A stretch of 64,000 nt of DNA from an uncultured Candidatus Saccharibacteria bacterium (GTDB taxonomy: Bacteria; Patescibacteriota; Minisyncoccia; Minisyncoccales; UBA5738): the NCBI GenBank assembly GCA_964470995.1, contig CAYYEP010000004.1, positions 2,846 through 66,845 of the forward strand. The letters are read 5' to 3'. A program made the position numbers and the translations under genes. Below the pieces are notes generated by a model. The model saw only the letters and a list, made by a program, of their open reading frames with translations, ran no database searches and had not been told where the DNA came from. Of the stretch, positions 36,201 through 44,522 are shown piece after piece. Every line of letters begins with the position of its first letter. The stretch's first letter is position 1.

Positions 36201-36537
36201 GGAAAATTTACTGACGAATGCTCTAAAATATACGCCGTCGGGCGGTATTGTAACCCTGTCGGCCAAAAAGCAAGGGCAGGAGGTAGTTTTTGGCGTGGCG
36301 GATACGGGCAGGGGCATACCCAAGAAGCAATTTCATTTGTTGTTTAGCAAGATGTTCCGTGCCAGTAATGTTGGTGATGCCACTGGTTACGGATTGGGTC
36401 TTTCGATGGCTAAAAGCGTAGTAGAACAGAGCGGCGGGAGAATTTGGGCGCAGACGAAGTTGAACCGGGGATCTACGTTTTTTGTAGCGATTCCGGTTTC
36501 CGGCATGAAGCGCAGGCAAATTACCTTCGAGTCTTAA
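33217..36537 (+). CDS. Soluble multi-PAS/GAF sensor histidine kinase
   Basis: 1106 aa with no TM segment. It contains several PAS-like repeats and a GAF-like region. The H-box is FISMASHQLRTPL and the HATPase motifs are LLTNALKYTP, DTGRGIP and GYGLGLSMAK. Confidence 0.85.
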   Translation: MSGARKKITEAGIEQAAEQVAGFELSRANKAKSGDIGNPMIVEYEASGKITLFNKRASEFFGYAAKEVLGKDISILAYGRSRTDDAKRGITGIHQNIFNDPADGGSHINANRRRDGRRVWVSWQSRPIVFKNGKPAIIAAAGRDVTYQIENDDSLRDLKKIVGSINDGVGIADRDGVLVFANEQAAKMIGYRSKEMVGKRIMDFVVDEDKKIIEEAFVRRREGFAGSYELRMKHRSGGVVETSIFGAPRYGRKGSYIGSYAIISDITERNRNERNLRRMNRTLRALGRANKALLRAGDEKNLLQDVCKIIAEECGNSMVWIGFAREDEEKGVDVAAQIGMARDYLQTINISWGDNDRGRSPMGTCIRTGKMRICRNIKKDPNFNLWRPIAERYGYASAAAFPLRSNGNTFGAIGIYSRNVDGFSDDETVLLGDLADNLAYGIVSLRLRNERQQNEDMLRKATRYLDSLLSFANSPIIVWGPDFRVTRFNTAAERLTGIKAAQALGKDADFFFSCTGIGRRRGSFKSVSLDQRWKTMEADFCRADGSRRAVVWNLANIYGYGTEIDKVVATIALGQDITDRKIAQEQIEKYLAELSREKKRIENLMLRIADEKKILDGIIENTEALIAYLDNRFNFVKVNTGYCREYNLAPKDMIGKNFFSFFADSEEEVKAMLKKLRREGVAIKQLAIPYYNERHPERGIVYRDLMASPIKDAAGNVSGIVLLYLDATQRVRNEKTLALHSRRLQQMVSDLRKLQMAVENASDIIFTADPHGMITSINNAVLSILGWCPQDLIGKSVTVLGGTERRQEHGAVWDSIRKQKKPFSGEIANTRIDGRTADFELHVSPIIDLRGEVISYIGIERDLTEAKAVSRAKEEFISMASHQLRTPLATISLSAQMLANGAIGNIDNEARGQIEEIFKITHQMASLIDLFLNASRIEMGRLEIDPHPLEVAPFLHEIIKSIGSLAAVKKIELKDEIAPDVPVLSIDRKVMNMVLENLLTNALKYTPSGGIVTLSAKKQGQEVVFGVADTGRGIPKKQFHLLFSKMFRASNVGDATGYGLGLSMAKSVVEQSGGRIWAQTKLNRGSTFFVAIPVSGMKRRQITFES

Positions 36538-36567
36538 GAAACGTCTGAGTTGGTAAAAAATTCATCG

Positions 36568-36747
36568 CCCTGCTAAATGCAAGGGGTATTAAAGTTTGTT
36601 TTAATAAATTACCCCGGGGCAGAGCCCCGCGGTAATCTTTATGTTTCGCTTATGCTACGCGTTAGGAAAAGTTTGTTTATAGTTTTCGCTACGCTACGGG
36701 CAGTTATTCATCCCCGCGTCAAAGCAGGCAGGGTATTCTGGCAGATA
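36568..36747 (-). repeat. Copy B (inverted) of the ~176-bp dispersed element
   Basis: Its reverse complement aligns with 21521-21696. It has the hairpin cggggc-aga-gccccg at the position equivalent to the hairpin in copy A. It sits between the convergent kinase and regulator genes. Confidence 0.75.
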
Positions 36748-36904
36748 AATAAACTATTTTGGGGGTTAAATAAGACCTTTGCAAATTTTTCCGTGTCCGG
36801 GCGCCTTTTTTTTGAAAAACATCTTTGAGGTATTCTTTTAAAATATAGACTCGATCATGCAAAATCAAAAATCAACTTCGCAGAGGTTTTTTGAGTTTAG
36901 AGCA

Positions 36905-37582
36905 TTATTTGGAGCGGAGGCGGTAACCAACTCCGCGGATAGTTTCTAAAAGTTTGCGGGAGCGGTTTTTGTCGATTTTGGAGCGCAAGCGGTTAATATA
37001 GACATCGACAATGTTGGACATTGAATCGAAGTCGAAGTCCCAGATATTTTGCAAGATGTCTTCGCGTTCGAGTACTTGGTCGGGATGGCGCATAAAATAT
37101 TCCATCAGCCTGAATTCTTTGAGGGTGAGTTTAAGCGTTTTACCGCCGCGCGAGGCGCTTTTCATAGATGGCACCAGAATAAGATCGTTGACCTTGAGTT
37201 CTGTAGCGATCACCGGTTTGGGCCGGCGGGTGAGGGCGCGGATACGTGCCAGCAGTTCGTTAAAGTGAAATGGTTTCACCAGATAATCATCGGCGCCGGC
37301 ATCCAGCAGGGTGACTTTGTCTTCAAGCGAATCGCGCGCGGTCAGAACCAGAATGGGGAGGGAGATGTTGAGTTTGCGGACATCGCGGCAGACTTCCAAA
37401 CCGCTTTTTTGGGGCAGGGTGAGGTCGGCAATGACCAGATCGTAATCCTGGTGGTGCATTTCAATGCGCCGCTGGCCGGTTTCTCCATCGAGAACGTAAT
37501 CGACGGCATAGCCTTCGCGAGTGAGGCCGATTTTGACGATCTTGGCCAGGTTTTCCTCGTCCTCGATAATAAGAATTTTCAT
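36905..37582 (-). CDS. OmpR/PhoB-family response regulator
   Basis: 225 aa. The receiver domain shows MKILIIEDE...DLVIADLTLP. The winged-helix C-terminus shows LTLKEFRLMEYF...TIRGVGYRL. Confidence 0.9.
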   Translation of the reverse strand: MKILIIEDEENLAKIVKIGLTREGYAVDYVLDGETGQRRIEMHHQDYDLVIADLTLPQKSGLEVCRDVRKLNISLPILVLTARDSLEDKVTLLDAGADDYLVKPFHFNELLARIRALTRRPKPVIATELKVNDLILVPSMKSASRGGKTLKLTLKEFRLMEYFMRHPDQVLEREDILQNIWDFDFDSMSNIVDVYINRLRSKIDKNRSRKLLETIRGVGYRLRSK

Positions 37583-37879
37583 GGTTTTAAGGATTGATTT
37601 TACTTTAGAGTATATTCGTACAATAATTAATATTTCATTAATTTAAAACTGGCAAGCGAGATGTTGCCGGAGATAGAGTTTAAAAAACAACCCCTTATCG
37701 GGCTGGTTTTTTTGTATTTTGGAGTTGTTTTCTGTGTTCTTTTGACGATTCGGCAGCGCGACCCTTTCAATAACACCGGATACTAAAAACACAGAAAATA
37801 CTACTTTATGGAGACCGCGCTATTGGAAGCGGAGTTTTTTGGGGGTATGATTTAATAATAATTTTAAATTATCGAATAA

Positions 37880-38476
37880 ATGGGTTTTTTAAATGTGGTT
37901 GCTTACTTATTTCCGCCACGGAAGCTGAATAAGAGTTTGCGGATATTGATATCGGTCAATACGATAATGGTATTTATCGTGGCGATGCTGGCTCCTTTTT
38001 ACGCGATTTTCGTAAAAGAGATTGGAGGTGATTTGGCGGTGGCGGGTTTTACTTGGGCGGTTTATCCGATTGTGGCGGGAATGCTGACGTTCTTTTTCAG
38101 CCGGTGGGAAATGAGGGTAAAAGAGCAGGAATTATTAATGGCGGTGGGCTATTTTATTCGCGGACTGGTATTTTTGAGCTATGCTTTTATGGGGGGGGTT
38201 GCGCAATTGATATTCACGCAGATATTATGGGGGATCGGCACGGCATTGAGCACTCCGGCTTTTGACGCGACTTACAGTTCCCATACCAGTCGGGAGGGTT
38301 CAATCGCCGAATGGGGCCAGTGGGAGGGAATGGCTAATGTTGCGAGTGGCATTGCGGCGCTGATTAGCGGTATCGTGATTCAGCAGGTGGGGTATTTTTG
38401 GCTTTTTTTGGGAATGTCGGCGGCATCAATAATTCTGGGTATTTATATTTGGCTGTTGCCGCGCGATTTATTATGA
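37880..38476 (+). CDS. Six-TM membrane protein, half-size MFS-like
   Basis: 198 aa with about 6 hydrophobic helices. There is no definitive motif. Confidence 0.45.
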   Translation: MGFLNVVAYLFPPRKLNKSLRILISVNTIMVFIVAMLAPFYAIFVKEIGGDLAVAGFTWAVYPIVAGMLTFFFSRWEMRVKEQELLMAVGYFIRGLVFLSYAFMGGVAQLIFTQILWGIGTALSTPAFDATYSSHTSREGSIAEWGQWEGMANVASGIAALISGIVIQQVGYFWLFLGMSAASIILGIYIWLLPRDLL

Positions 38477-38519
38477 TGTGAATAGATTTCAAGCGGAGTT
38501 TGAGAAATAAAACCTGGTT

Positions 38520-39320
38520 ATGGTGGAAAATATCATTGAAGTCAAGCGTCTGGTAAAAAAATTCGGAGAATTAAATGCTGTGGACGATATAAGTTTTTCG
38601 GTGGGTACGGGAGAGATATTTGCTTTTTTGGGGCCGAATGGCGCCGGTAAGTCGACAACAATAAAGATGATGACAACGCTGTTGCTGCCGACTTCGGGAA
38701 GCATTGTTATTGATGGCCATGATGCGGTCAAGGACCCGGCGGCGGCGAGGAGGTCGTTTGGTATCGTATTTCAGGATCCCAGCTTAGACGACGAGCTGAC
38801 GGCGCAGGAAAACATGGAGTTTCATGGAATTTTGTACGACATTCCGGCGAAAACGCGGCGGGAACGGGTGGAGCAGCTCTTGAAATTTGTGGAAATGTGG
38901 GATCGGCGCAATAGATTGGTTAAGGAATTTTCCGGCGGGATGAAACGGCGGCTTGAGATAGCGCGAGGTTTGTTGCATCATCCGAAAGTTATTTTTTTGG
39001 ATGAGCCGACAATAGGGCTTGATCCTCAAACGCGCAATCATATGTGGAATTACCTGCGCGGTTTGAATCGAACCGAAGGAACGACGGTTTTTTTAACGAC
39101 GCATTATATGGATGAGGCCGAGCAGATCGCGGGCCGGGTGGCGATAATGGATCATGGGCATATTGTCGCGATAGGTTCGGCGCAAGATCTAAAGGCAAAA
39201 ACCGCTTCCAAGACTCTCGAAGAAGCGTTTTTGTGTTTGACCGGAACCCAATTAAGGGAAGAGAACGCTGATTCAAATAAGGGACGGCGTATGCAGATGT
39301 GGCATGGGGGCCGCCGTTAG
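38520..39320 (+). CDS. ABC transporter ATP-binding protein (ABC-2/DrrA-like)
   Basis: Motifs GPNGAGKST, FSGGMKRRLEIA and VIFLDEPT. Confidence 0.9.
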   Translation: MVENIIEVKRLVKKFGELNAVDDISFSVGTGEIFAFLGPNGAGKSTTIKMMTTLLLPTSGSIVIDGHDAVKDPAAARRSFGIVFQDPSLDDELTAQENMEFHGILYDIPAKTRRERVEQLLKFVEMWDRRNRLVKEFSGGMKRRLEIARGLLHHPKVIFLDEPTIGLDPQTRNHMWNYLRGLNRTEGTTVFLTTHYMDEAEQIAGRVAIMDHGHIVAIGSAQDLKAKTASKTLEEAFLCLTGTQLREENADSNKGRRMQMWHGGRR

Positions 39321-39342
39321 GCTTGGTTTTTTTTAAAACAAT

Positions 39343-40092
39343 ATGTTCGATAAAATCTATATTTTGTGGTTGCGCCAGTTGAAGCGATATTGGCGGTCCA
39401 AACCGAGAATGATCGGTTCTTTGGGACAGCCGTTGCTTTTTTTGTTGGCTTTGGGGTATGGCATGGGCTCGGTTTACCAAAAAGCCGGACAGGGGAATTA
39501 TATCGATTTTCTCGCGCCGGGAATTATCGGGATGAGCATAATTTTTACGGCGATATTCTCGGGAATAGAAATTATCTGGGATCGGCAGTTTGGTTTTTTG
39601 AAGGAGGTGATGGCGGCGCCGATGTCGCGTTTGGAAATAATGATCGGTTGGACGCTGGGCGGAGCGACGGTGGCATTCCTCCAGGGGATGATTGTTTTAG
39701 TAATTTCGATTTTTGCGGGTTTTTGTCCGCAAAGCGCGGGCGGAGTGGCGGCGGTATTGCCGGTAATGTTTTTGGTGGCGGTTCTATTTACGGCGTTAGG
39801 GATTGCAATTGCGTCGCCGTTAAATGATATGCAGGGATTTCAGTTAATTATGAATTTTTTGGTGATGCCATTATTCTTCCTTTCGGGGGCGTTGTTTCCG
39901 TTGCAGGACGCACCACCGGTTCTTTCGATAATTGCCTCGTTTGACCCATTGTCTTATGGCGTAGATGCTTTTCGGGGATTACTGATTGGTACGACCCATT
40001 ACGGTTTGAGTATGGATATTGCGGTATTATGCGTATTTACGGTGCTGTTTGTTTGGATCGGAAGCTACCTTTTTAACCGGATACAGATTTGA
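39343..40092 (+). CDS. ABC-2-type transporter permease
   Basis: 249 aa with 6 TM segments, immediately downstream of the ATPase gene. Confidence 0.75.
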   Translation: MFDKIYILWLRQLKRYWRSKPRMIGSLGQPLLFLLALGYGMGSVYQKAGQGNYIDFLAPGIIGMSIIFTAIFSGIEIIWDRQFGFLKEVMAAPMSRLEIMIGWTLGGATVAFLQGMIVLVISIFAGFCPQSAGGVAAVLPVMFLVAVLFTALGIAIASPLNDMQGFQLIMNFLVMPLFFLSGALFPLQDAPPVLSIIASFDPLSYGVDAFRGLLIGTTHYGLSMDIAVLCVFTVLFVWIGSYLFNRIQI

Positions 40093-40401
40093 TTTGGTTT
40101 TTGGGAACGGATTGCCAATGATAAATTCAAGACAGTCGTTGAGGAGCGACATTAAAATGCAAATAAATTTGGCAATTGGAGATGCGTTTTTTTTGACAAA
40201 TACTTATTATTATGTTTTTTAAAGGTAGTAATTCAATAGGAAGTGATACGAATGGATTTTCAAATGGATTTTCAAATATGGAATGCGTGGGTTAAATCGT
40301 GCCGGCTGGAATTCCGGGAGTTGCTCAAGTAGCGGTGTCCGGAGTTCGGACTCGAATTATATGAATTAGCGGATTTTGAATCGGGTTGCGGCGATCTGTG
40401 C

Positions 40402-40881
40402 TTGCGGGCTTTGATAGGCAGCCCGGCTGGGGCATTTATAGGCGTCGCGTGGGTTCAGACGAGTCTTTGGTCTTTTATGTGTTCTTCGGATTTATACGCG
40501 ATTATCCAGCCGTGGGAAAATTTGGTAGTTCCTATGGGTATCAGCTTGAATCTGAAGCAGGATAACCGCGGCATAGCTGTACTTAATGTGGCGCAAAGCC
40601 GCGGGGTAACAACCCGGTATTTGGAGCAGAGGATCGGCGAGGGGTTCTATGCGCTGACAAAATTGCTGGAAGTCAACGCGCTTAGACCCAGATTCACGGG
40701 TCGGGTCGATTTTTCGCCAATGCTTCCGCCGCTAGACTGCCAGATACGCGACTGGTTGCGCGAAAAGTGGGGATTACGGGCGGATCAATATCTAAAAGCG
40801 ACCGCGGCGCTGAAATTCTCTTCTTTGTTATGGGATGACCAGCGAAAAGAACTTGAAAACGCGGCAGTGGCGGTTCCGTAA
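40402..40881 (+). CDS. Hypothetical protein (start uncertain)
   Basis: A 159-aa ORF beginning at TTG, with a terminator directly downstream and no recognised motif. Confidence 0.35.
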   Translation: MRALIGSPAGAFIGVAWVQTSLWSFMCSSDLYAIIQPWENLVVPMGISLNLKQDNRGIAVLNVAQSRGVTTRYLEQRIGEGFYALTKLLEVNALRPRFTGRVDFSPMLPPLDCQIRDWLREKWGLRADQYLKATAALKFSSLLWDDQRKELENAAVAVP

Positions 40882-40901
40882 TCATAGCGATTGCGACTGT
40901 C

Positions 40902-40925
40902 GGGACTTTTTAAGTCCTTTTTTTG
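40902..40925 (+). terminator. Rho-independent terminator
   Basis: Stem ggactt/aagtcc, loop ttt, then ttttttt. Confidence 0.55.
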
Positions 40926-40966
40926 TAAAAATATGCGCGCATATTATTTTTTGCGGCTGGCTTGGC

Positions 40967-40975
40967 TGTGGATAA
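40967..40975 (-). promoter_or_regulatory. Perfect DnaA-box 9-mer (complement orientation)
   Basis: tgtggataa is the reverse complement of TTATCCACA. Confidence 0.5.
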
Positions 40976-41228
40976 CTTTGCCTATTGTATTTTTTGATAA
41001 TACCGCTAGACTAATGTAATGGTTTCGGTGAATCCGGGGCCAGAATATTGGTTCTGCACCCAATTTGATTGGAATCTCTGGAGTTTGGATTCGTTTAATA
41101 ATTTCTCTTTTTTCCGCGCGGCGGAAAAATCTTTTTTGGCAGAATTTTGCCAGTTGTTTTTTGAGTTTTAAGTATGTATTTTCCGGGTTGGCCGGTTTTT
41201 TAGTTAATTAACGCAGTCAAGAACCCGG

Positions 41229-41237
41229 TTATCCACA
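41229..41237 (+). promoter_or_regulatory. Perfect DnaA-box 9-mer
   Basis: ttatccaca lies 6 nt upstream of the glyA -35 element. Confidence 0.5.
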
Positions 41238-41242
41238 ACGTT

Positions 41243-41272
41243 TTGCAAATGAACCGCGAGACACGCTATAAT
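41243..41272 (+). promoter_or_regulatory. Sigma-70-type promoter of glyA
   Basis: TTGCAA (41243-41248), an 18-nt spacer, then TATAAT (41267-41272). Confidence 0.5.
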
Positions 41273-41330
41273 CAAAAGACACTAACGGCAACGGGCTCGC
41301 GAAAAACGGGCGGTTGCGGGCAAAAACGTT

Positions 41331-42560
41331 ATGGAAAAAATGATGTCGCTGATAGAGCAGCATAACAAGTGGCGGAGCAGTTGTATTAACCTTATCGCGT
41401 CGGAAAACGTGATGTCGCCGATCTGCGAAAAGATGTATGTGTCGGATTTAATGCACCGCTACGCGGAAGGCGTGCCTTTTAAACGTTTTTACCGCGGTTT
41501 GACATTTGTTGATCAAATTGAAGATATTACCCAGCAGGAATTTAAGAAACACTTCGGCGCGAATTTTTGCGACGTAAGGCCTTTATCGGGCACGATCGCT
41601 AATTACGCGGCATTCGCGGCGATTTCGCAACGGGGCGACAAAATTTTATCTCTAGGGATAGAGCACGGTTCGCACGTGTCGCATGAAAAACCGGGCGCGG
41701 CGGGTACTTTGGGGTTGGAAGTCGGCGGTTTGATTTTTAACGATGACTGCACTATGAACGCCGAAGTTTCGTGCCGGAAAATCCTTGACGAGAAACCGAA
41801 ATTTATTGTGATTGGCGGGTCGGTCATCTTGTTTCCACAGCCGATAAGGGAATTGCGCCAGGCGTGCGATCAGGTAGGCGCCAAGATTATTTACGATGCG
41901 GCTCATGTTCTGGGTTTGATTGCCGCGGGTATTTTTCAGGATCCGCTGGCTGAAGGGGCGGATTTGATTACGACTTCGACCCATAAAACGTTTCCCGGGC
42001 CGCAGGGCGGCATTATCATGGGCAATGTCGATGAGGCGACCCAAAAAAAGATCCAGCTGGCGGTATTTCCGCAATTTTCGTCGAATCATCATTTGCACCG
42101 GATGCCGGCTTTGTACGCCGCGTTGCGTGAAATGCAAATGTACGGAAGAGATTACGCGGCGCAGATTGTAAAAAATGCCCAGGCGCTGGCCGGTGCGCTT
42201 TACGAGATTGGTTTTAATGTATTGGCCAAGGATCGCGGTTTTACCCAATCGCATCAGGTATTGGTTGATTGCGGGCAGCCGGGGGCGGGCCATGAAGCGG
42301 CGGTGGCGCTGGAGGCGGCCAATATAATTTTGAATAAAAATATTATTCCGGGCGAAGGGCAGAGCGTAAAAAATCCCCGCGGTATTCGCATCGGGGTGCA
42401 GGAAATGACTCGGTTTGGGATGAAAGAAAGTGAAATGAAGGATATTGCCAGGTTTATCAAGCGCGTGGTATTGGATAAAGAAAATACGGAGGCAGTCAAA
42501 AAAGACGTGATTGCATTCCGCCAAAATTTCCAGGTTATCAAATATTCCCATAACCAATGA
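41331..42560 (+). CDS. glyA: Serine hydroxymethyltransferase
   Basis: Motifs INLIASENVMSP and TTSTHKTFPGPQGG (PLP lysine). Confidence 0.9.
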   Translation: MEKMMSLIEQHNKWRSSCINLIASENVMSPICEKMYVSDLMHRYAEGVPFKRFYRGLTFVDQIEDITQQEFKKHFGANFCDVRPLSGTIANYAAFAAISQRGDKILSLGIEHGSHVSHEKPGAAGTLGLEVGGLIFNDDCTMNAEVSCRKILDEKPKFIVIGGSVILFPQPIRELRQACDQVGAKIIYDAAHVLGLIAAGIFQDPLAEGADLITTSTHKTFPGPQGGIIMGNVDEATQKKIQLAVFPQFSSNHHLHRMPALYAALREMQMYGRDYAAQIVKNAQALAGALYEIGFNVLAKDRGFTQSHQVLVDCGQPGAGHEAAVALEAANIILNKNIIPGEGQSVKNPRGIRIGVQEMTRFGMKESEMKDIARFIKRVVLDKENTEAVKKDVIAFRQNFQVIKYSHNQ

Positions 42561-42823
42561 ATATGCTCAACGAAGCCAATCCGGAACAAATATATCCTGC
42601 AGAAACCACGGAGTTTGAGTTAAAGCTATCAGAGAAGAAAGAAGTTACTATTGATTTTGCGCCGCTTACATTGAAGATTGGACAGGAGGGAAAAATAGTT
42701 GCGAAAATGCTTGGCGGCCAAAAAATTAAAGCAATAATTTATCAAATTGCGGCGGTTGCATTGGAAATTAATAAAGATTGCGATCCGCGCGAAGTCGTTA
42801 GCCGATATATGGAAAATAGATAA
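42557..42823 (+). CDS. Hypothetical protein, coupled to glyA
   Basis: 88 aa. Its start overlaps the glyA stop (ATGA). No recognised motif. Confidence 0.4.
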   Translation: MNMLNEANPEQIYPAETTEFELKLSEKKEVTIDFAPLTLKIGQEGKIVAKMLGGQKIKAIIYQIAAVALEINKDCDPREVVSRYMENR

Positions 42824-43142
42824 ACGATGATTCGAGAGGAACTGAAAGCGGCGATCAAATCCGGTTTCATTAAAATTTGACTGCTGTATCGGTCGCGCAA
42901 ATTGGTCTTTGGATTTAAATTCTGGAAGGGCAGTTGCCTGCGTTTTGGGAGAGGCTGGCCTCAAAAATAGAAAATACAATCCTTTGGCGACGGTAACTAT
43001 GGGCTGTATTGCAATCTTGACCATAAATGCTATACTACGGGTGCAAGCGCAGCGCTTGCGTAGGTGTACTCATAGGTTTCTTCAACTGCAAAGTTAAGTT
43101 CAGCCGGCGAGTGGTCGGACCTACCAAAAATATTTCAATTCA

Positions 43143-43445
43143 ATGAACAAGAAATTATACGTAGGTGGTTTGCCTTACAGCACCACTCAGGACGGCTTGA
43201 GAGAAGGATTCGCGGCCGCCGGCAACGTCGTTTCGGCGATTATTATCACCGATAAGATGTCCGGTCGCTCGAAAGGTTTCGGATTCGTAGAGTTCGATAC
43301 CGAAGAGGAGGCTACGAAAGCTATCGAGATGTTCAACGGCAAGGATTTCGAAGGTCGCCGCATCACGGTAAGTGAGGCGCGCCCGATGGAGCCCCGCCCG
43401 AGACGCGACTTCAATCGGAATGACGATTTCGGCAACGAACAATAG
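43143..43445 (+). CDS. RRM-type RNA-binding protein
   Basis: RNP2 is KLYVGGLPY and RNP1 is KGFGFVEF. Confidence 0.9.
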   Translation: MNKKLYVGGLPYSTTQDGLREGFAAAGNVVSAIIITDKMSGRSKGFGFVEFDTEEEATKAIEMFNGKDFEGRRITVSEARPMEPRPRRDFNRNDDFGNEQ

Positions 43446-43456
43446 TTTTTGCCAAC

Positions 43457-43487
43457 AAAGCTCTCCCGCTTAGCGGGAGAGCTTTTG
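43457..43487 (+). terminator. Rho-independent terminator
   Basis: Stem gctctcccgc/gcgggagagc, loop tta, then tttt. Confidence 0.7.
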
Positions 43488-43549
43488 ATTGCAGTTTGGG
43501 ATTCTTTTTTGTGGTCGGTAAGAGTTTATAAGCGGATAATCCAAATTAT

Positions 43550-44284
43550 ATGGATAAAAAAAGTTTGATTACTGTGGGTGCGGCGGTGCTTGCTGCGATT
43601 GCGGTGTTGGTTTTGGCCAATGGTGGTTTGCCTGCCGGAACGGCAAAAGGTGGCAATTCAGCCGGGTTAATGCCGTTGGATCCGGCGGCTAAGAAAAATT
43701 TGCCCGATTCGGAGCCGGCAGGGGAAGCGGTTTTACCCGGTAAGGAGGCAACAGAGACGGAGACGGAAACCGTTGCTGTTTCGGCGGAAGACAATAATTA
43801 CAAAAAAGTCATGAACGCAACCATTAAAACCAGTTTGGGACAGATTAAGGTGGAATTGTATGGCGACAAAATGCCGGTTACGGCGGGGAATTTTGCCAAG
43901 CTGGCTGATTCCGGATTTTATAACGGGATAAAATTTCATCGCGTGATTAAGGATTTCATGATCCAGGGCGGTGATCCGTTAAGCAAGGACGATTCGCTAA
44001 AAACACGCTGGGGAACCGGCGGCCCGGGATACCAATTTGACGATGAAAAATTTGATGGGGATTACACGCGCGGTACACTAGCGATGGCCAATGCCGGGCC
44101 AAATACCAATGGCAGCCAGTTTTTTATAATGCATAATGATATGCCGTTACCCAAAGCTTATGTGATTTTCGGCAAGGTTGTCGAAGGGATTGAGGTGGTG
44201 GACAAAATTGCCAGTTTGGCGACGGATTCGCGAGATTGTCCTCTTGTCCCGCCGGTCATTGAAAGCATTACCGTCGAGAAGTAA
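43550..44284 (+). CDS. Membrane-anchored cyclophilin-type peptidyl-prolyl isomerase
   Basis: Motifs FHRVIKDFMIQGGDP and GTLAMANAGPNTNGSQFFI, with an N-terminal TM segment. Confidence 0.9.
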   Translation: MDKKSLITVGAAVLAAIAVLVLANGGLPAGTAKGGNSAGLMPLDPAAKKNLPDSEPAGEAVLPGKEATETETETVAVSAEDNNYKKVMNATIKTSLGQIKVELYGDKMPVTAGNFAKLADSGFYNGIKFHRVIKDFMIQGGDPLSKDDSLKTRWGTGGPGYQFDDEKFDGDYTRGTLAMANAGPNTNGSQFFIMHNDMPLPKAYVIFGKVVEGIEVVDKIASLATDSRDCPLVPPVIESITVEK

Positions 44285-44522
44285 AACTTACGCGTTTGGC
44301 GGTGAGCGAAAATTAAAAATATGACGAATAACGCGGGGCCGAAATCGTGCAGGTTTTGGAAAAATATTTTCGCGGGTTTTTAGAAATACGAATACAAAGT
44401 TTGTAACCGCGTAGGTTTGGGGGGGCAAAAATCACAGGCAAGACTTGTGATTTTTGATTTTGAGATCCATTTTGTTTATTTTGGGATTAAGAGTATTATA
44501 AAAATGAATTTTCGAGGAATTC

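Noticed and set aside
36577-36828. An 83-aa plus-strand ORF between the kinase and the regulator.
   Set aside because: It spans the dispersed repeat element, and its counterpart at 21.5 kb has no equivalent ORF. It is more likely non-coding.
37049-37597. A 182-aa plus-strand ORF.
   Set aside because: It is antisense to the OmpR-type response regulator, whose receiver and winged-helix motifs are clear.
40252-40275. Tandem 12-bp duplication atggattttcaa x2. This was noted while scanning the window for CRISPR-like arrays.
   Set aside because: There are only two short units with no spacers. Nowhere in the window did I see regularly spaced repeats of 24-40 bp.
40926-41330. Interpretation of the DnaA-box region as the chromosomal origin (oriC).
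   Set aside because: There are only two boxes and no dnaA or dnaN nearby. Genes on both sides are mainly on the + strand, so there is no strand-bias switch. The region is kept only as a regulatory curiosity.
41652-42557. A 301-aa minus-strand ORF, the largest unexplained ORF in the track.
   Set aside because: It lies entirely antisense to glyA, whose product has unmistakable SHMT motifs. Its translation is R/F/L-rich and low-complexity, typical of a shadow ORF.
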